In this document: positions 60,847-64,000 of the stretch, one piece after another
Layout: every line of letters begins with the position of its first letter
Numbering within the stretch: the stretch's first letter is position 1
Assembly: GCA_963736115.1 (NCBI GenBank)
Contig: CAVTNR010000001.1
Location: 32,001 to 96,000 of the forward strand
Direction of reading: 5' to 3'
Length of the DNA: 64,000 nt
Source of the DNA: an uncultured bacterium
Lineage (GTDB): Bacteria > Zhuqueibacterota > QNDG01 > DTFT01
Translations under genes and position numbers: made by a program
Notes under the pieces: generated by a model
What the model saw: the letters and a program-made list of their open reading frames with translations, nothing else
The model's database searches: none
What the model was told of the DNA's origin: nothing

Positions 60847-63114
60847 TCAGGCCGGCCGAAGGGTCAGCCGTTCGTCCGAATCCGCATCAACGATCCAGAC
60901 GGCTGAAGATCCGGCCCGGTTTTTTCTCAGGAATTCCATGAAAGCCTCCGCGGCCAGCGACCGCGCCTCCTCGATGATCGCGCGGGCCCCGAATGCGAGG
61001 ACGTGTGTGTCCATCCGTCCAATCACCCGCGATCCGACCGAAGGTTCCACCCGGACTTCGTCTACGTTCATCCGCATCCGTGACGCGGCCGCCCAAATCG
61101 AAGCGCGTATGGCGCGTTCGACGATCAGAGCCAGGGCGGGTCCGTCCAGCGGCCGGAACAGGATGGGTGTCCCGATCCGGGATAGAAAAGCGCCGGAGAA
61201 AAGATCCCGGATTTCGGAAAGGACCGTGTTCCGGATCTCCCGGTCGGAGGTCTGATCCTGAAATCCGATGCGTTTCCGCACTCCCTCGTCCCTTCCATTG
61301 GGCAGATTGATGGTGAACGCGAAGACCAGGTTGGCGCATGAGAACATCGTGCCCGAGGCGCTCTGGCCTTCGCCGGTCTCCAGGATCTGCAGGAAGATAT
61401 CCGCAATGGCGGAGCGGACTTGGGGTGGCGCATGATCCAGGTCGCTCACCTCGACGAGGGCTCCGGCGTGATGTTTGGCGGCTTGTTCCAGTCGTCCGCT
61501 CTGGTAGGAGCCCACGATACCGCGTCCCGAGCCGAGAAGCTGGGCCGAGGCTGTGTAGAAATCGGGTATACTCGCAGCATCGATGTTGATGTAGGGAATG
61601 CCCAGTTCCCGCGCCACCAGGACGGCGCTCTGGGATTTTCCTGTGGCCGGCGTGCCCTGGGCGCAGTAGCGGATGGGCTGGTGATCCGGCCGGGTCAGGC
61701 ATTCCATTCGTAACCTCGCCACCAGCTGGTCGATGGCGTCGTCCTGGGCCAGGATTTCGGTCTTCACGACATCCGCCAGGTCAGACCGGGTCAGCACGGC
61801 GTTCAGACGTTCCTGGACATGCTCCAGTCGTCCGCCGCGGGGGCGGTTGGGCAGACCTGAAAAAGTCTCGGACAGTTCATGTATATCCGTGGCGAAATCC
61901 CTGGCAGGTCGCGGAGGCGAGCCTCCGGCCTGAAGGATGTTCCATTCCCGCTGGACCAGCGCTGTCAGCACCCGGACCCGGCCCGAGGCCGGAAGGTCCG
62001 AGAGGGCCGACCGAATCCGGTCGAACAATCCGGATTTCAGCGCCGCCGGCACGCCGCCCGATTTCCAGCCGACCTGATCGATTGAAAACCGGATCATCGA
62101 ATCCTCCGGGATGTCCGGGGCGTGGCGGATAACCGGCAACAGGGGATCACTCGTACCGCCCTGCCCGCCGTGGAACACCGATTGGAGTTGCGGATAGTTG
62201 CCCGTGAAAATGACCTGTTTCCCGGAGCCGGCCAAAAGTTGAAGCATGGTCTGCACTTCGTTGGCCATCTCGTAGGGATTGATTCCGAAATTCAGGCATG
62301 CCGCGGGTACGGCCACAATGCCGGGAGCCTTGCCGGCCAGATCCACAAGTGTTTTTCCGTTCAGGGACGGCACCATCAGGCGTCCCACCGTTCCGCCGGC
62401 CGAGGAGAGATGCCGGGCCAGGTGGGCCAGAAGGTAATCCCCGGCGACCGGGTGCTGTATCGCGACGGCGATGGAGAGGGATCCGCTCATGAAATCGATC
62501 ACCTGCCCGCACCAGGCGTCGAGAACCGGGGCGAAGGCGTCATCCGATTCCTTTCCCGGAAGGATGCATTCCAATATTTCGGAAATGTTCTTGTACCGTT
62601 CCAGCAGATCCGAGTCCGCAAGATCCTCGGGCAATTCGTCCTGAAGCGCAATGGCGGCGGATTCAAGATTCTTCAGCTCCGAGAGGAATACCCCGGAGCG
62701 TGTGGGCGTCATCGGGATCGCCTGAACCCGCATTTCGACCCACAGCGATGACTGACCGGAATCCGTCGTCTGGGCGGGAGGAATGAGGCGGACTTTATCG
62801 CCGAAACGGGACAGATGGGCGAACAGATTTTCGGCGGAGATCCGGACCGAGCGGGGCGCTTTCAGAAGTTCGAATTGTATTCCGAGGACCCCGTCTTCGA
62901 CAAGCCGGCAGGTGATGGCGCTGAGACCCTTCCGTCGGTTTTTTTCGCCCGGTCCGGTCCGGAAGGATTTTCCATCCGGCGCGACCGCCATTTCGATCGG
63001 AACAGCCTGACGGATCAGGCCGATGATCTGGTGAATGACGATGGCCGGATCCGGGCCGTCCGGGGTTTTGGAATTCCAGCTTGAGACGGTCGGCTGTTTG
63101 AATCCGGATGTCAT
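60847..63114 (-). CDS. Degenerate ClpA/B/C-like AAA+ protein
   Basis: D2 module ILAQDDAI…GTPATGKS…LLGSGRGIVG…FLQILETG…RIGF…FLSRI…GARAI. RBS aggag. Confidence 0.8.
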   Translation of the reverse strand: MTSGFKQPTVSSWNSKTPDGPDPAIVIHQIIGLIRQAVPIEMAVAPDGKSFRTGPGEKNRRKGLSAITCRLVEDGVLGIQFELLKAPRSVRISAENLFAHLSRFGDKVRLIPPAQTTDSGQSSLWVEMRVQAIPMTPTRSGVFLSELKNLESAAIALQDELPEDLADSDLLERYKNISEILECILPGKESDDAFAPVLDAWCGQVIDFMSGSLSIAVAIQHPVAGDYLLAHLARHLSSAGGTVGRLMVPSLNGKTLVDLAGKAPGIVAVPAACLNFGINPYEMANEVQTMLQLLAGSGKQVIFTGNYPQLQSVFHGGQGGTSDPLLPVIRHAPDIPEDSMIRFSIDQVGWKSGGVPAALKSGLFDRIRSALSDLPASGRVRVLTALVQREWNILQAGGSPPRPARDFATDIHELSETFSGLPNRPRGGRLEHVQERLNAVLTRSDLADVVKTEILAQDDAIDQLVARLRMECLTRPDHQPIRYCAQGTPATGKSQSAVLVARELGIPYINIDAASIPDFYTASAQLLGSGRGIVGSYQSGRLEQAAKHHAGALVEVSDLDHAPPQVRSAIADIFLQILETGEGQSASGTMFSCANLVFAFTINLPNGRDEGVRKRIGFQDQTSDREIRNTVLSEIRDLFSGAFLSRIGTPILFRPLDGPALALIVERAIRASIWAAASRMRMNVDEVRVEPSVGSRVIGRMDTHVLAFGARAIIEEARSLAAEAFMEFLRKNRAGSSAVWIVDADSDERLTLRPA

Positions 63115-63159
63115 ACGTTCTCCTGTTCTGGGTGATCCAGCCACCCGATCCGGATAAGG

Positions 63160-63175
63160 ACAAAAAAAAGGCCAG
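63160..63175 (-). promoter_or_regulatory. Candidate sigma54 -24/-12 promoter for the Clp-like/MoxR operon
   Basis: Minus strand CTGG-CCTTTTTTTT-GT (GG-N10-GT), about 45 nt upstream of the ATG at 63114. An alternative GG-N10-GC lies at 63277-63294. Confidence 0.3.
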
Positions 63176-63321
63176 TTTTATAATGACCTGACCGGGTTGC
63201 AGTTAGGCGACGCATGGGGTTGAGTTTTCCCGGTTGATTTATATGGGACAATGCACTAAATTGTAAATAATACCGCGTGCAGATCAACTGCCGGACCCAA
63301 ACACCACCCCGCGGGAGGATC

Positions 63322-64000
63322 ATGGAATACCAGGCCCTGCGATTCGAAGACCCGGACCGTCCGACATGCTGTACCCTCAGCGCGGAGACCGCCGAAGACA
63401 TCCTTGAAATCAGGAAGGGTCGTCTTCCCGTTGTTTATCTGCTCGCGGACGACGCCATCGACCGCTTCACCGGATACCCCGCCCTGATCCGCGACCGCGG
63501 AACCAAGCACAAGAAAAAATCCCTGTCCGACCTGCTTCTCGGTTACGACCGAATCTGCATGATCCGGGGCTCCTATGAAGGAATCCGCCAGCTGATCCGG
63601 AGCTGTAACGATCTCCTGAAGAACGCCCGGGTTCAGGCGGATCAGAACGCGTTCCTCATTTTCATTCCCGACGGTCCCTTCATCCGTCTGTGGAATCGAA
63701 CCAGCGGGAGCGGAACGCGCGCAAGGGACACGGGCAGATCCCTCGATCCCGGGACCCGGTCCGAGCTTCCCGGGATGCTTCCGATCCAGGAGGTTCCCCC
63801 GGAACTAAACGAAAGCTATCTGGGCCATTCGGAAGATGTTCGGCTGGTCCGGCAGTTGATCCTCGTCGCGGCCCGCTGTGAGAATCCGATTCTGATCCTG
63901 GGCGAATCCGGAACGGGCAAAGAGATCGCGGCCCGGAGCATACACCAGTTGAGCCTCCGGCGTAATCTCCGGTTTGAGGCGGTCAACTGCGGCGCACTTC
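63322..64000 (+). CDS. Sigma54-dependent enhancer-binding protein (partial, runs off the window)
   Basis: Manual translation from ATG 63322 (RBS ggagg): …YLGHSEDVRLVRQLI…ILILGESGTGKEIAARSIH…AVNCGAL. Confidence 0.88.
   Translation, partial: MEYQALRFEDPDRPTCCTLSAETAEDILEIRKGRLPVVYLLADDAIDRFTGYPALIRDRGTKHKKKSLSDLLLGYDRICMIRGSYEGIRQLIRSCNDLLKNARVQADQNAFLIFIPDGPFIRLWNRTSGSGTRARDTGRSLDPGTRSELPGMLPIQEVPPELNESYLGHSEDVRLVRQLILVAARCENPILILGESGTGKEIAARSIHQLSLRRNLRFEAVNCGAL

Overview
GC-rich bacterial DNA, probably from an FCB-group lineage such as KSB1 or Calditrichota. That is an inference from five secreted proteins ending in an NYPNPFN-type C-terminal sorting/FlgD-Ig domain. The left half (1-34.6 kb, all + strand) is mostly ordinary. 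It encodes an S9 peptidase, a small GIY-YIG-like protein, an L,D-transpeptidase plus M15 peptidase, CorA, a TPP decarboxylase, PIN and TM0106 nucleases, large secreted proteins separated by a composite REP-like palindrome, a Cache lipoprotein and a GH3 glucosidase. The right half (34.9-64 kb) is an ATPase/chaperone-rich accessory island and the main point of interest. It has four parts. (1) A PfkB-like/P-loop/RyR protein. (2) An ~18 kb minus-strand operon: HPD-less J-domain protein, GrpE-like, divergent Hsp70, pseudokinase-TPR, membrane-anchored TPR, small protein, TPR-helical-repeat protein, M48 peptidase, TIR-Ig-beta-propeller and giant TPR, followed by a truncated E171D Hsp70 duplicate. (3) A four-gene operon: degenerate Clp ATPase, MoxR, vWA and an unknown protein. 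(4) A divergent sigma54 enhancer-binding protein. I read this as a candidate undescribed chaperone-based sensing/conflict (defence) system. About nine apparent 1-bp frameshifts suggest long-read indel errors. No rRNA, tRNA, CRISPR array or transposase was seen. All domain calls come from reading motifs by eye, not from database searches.
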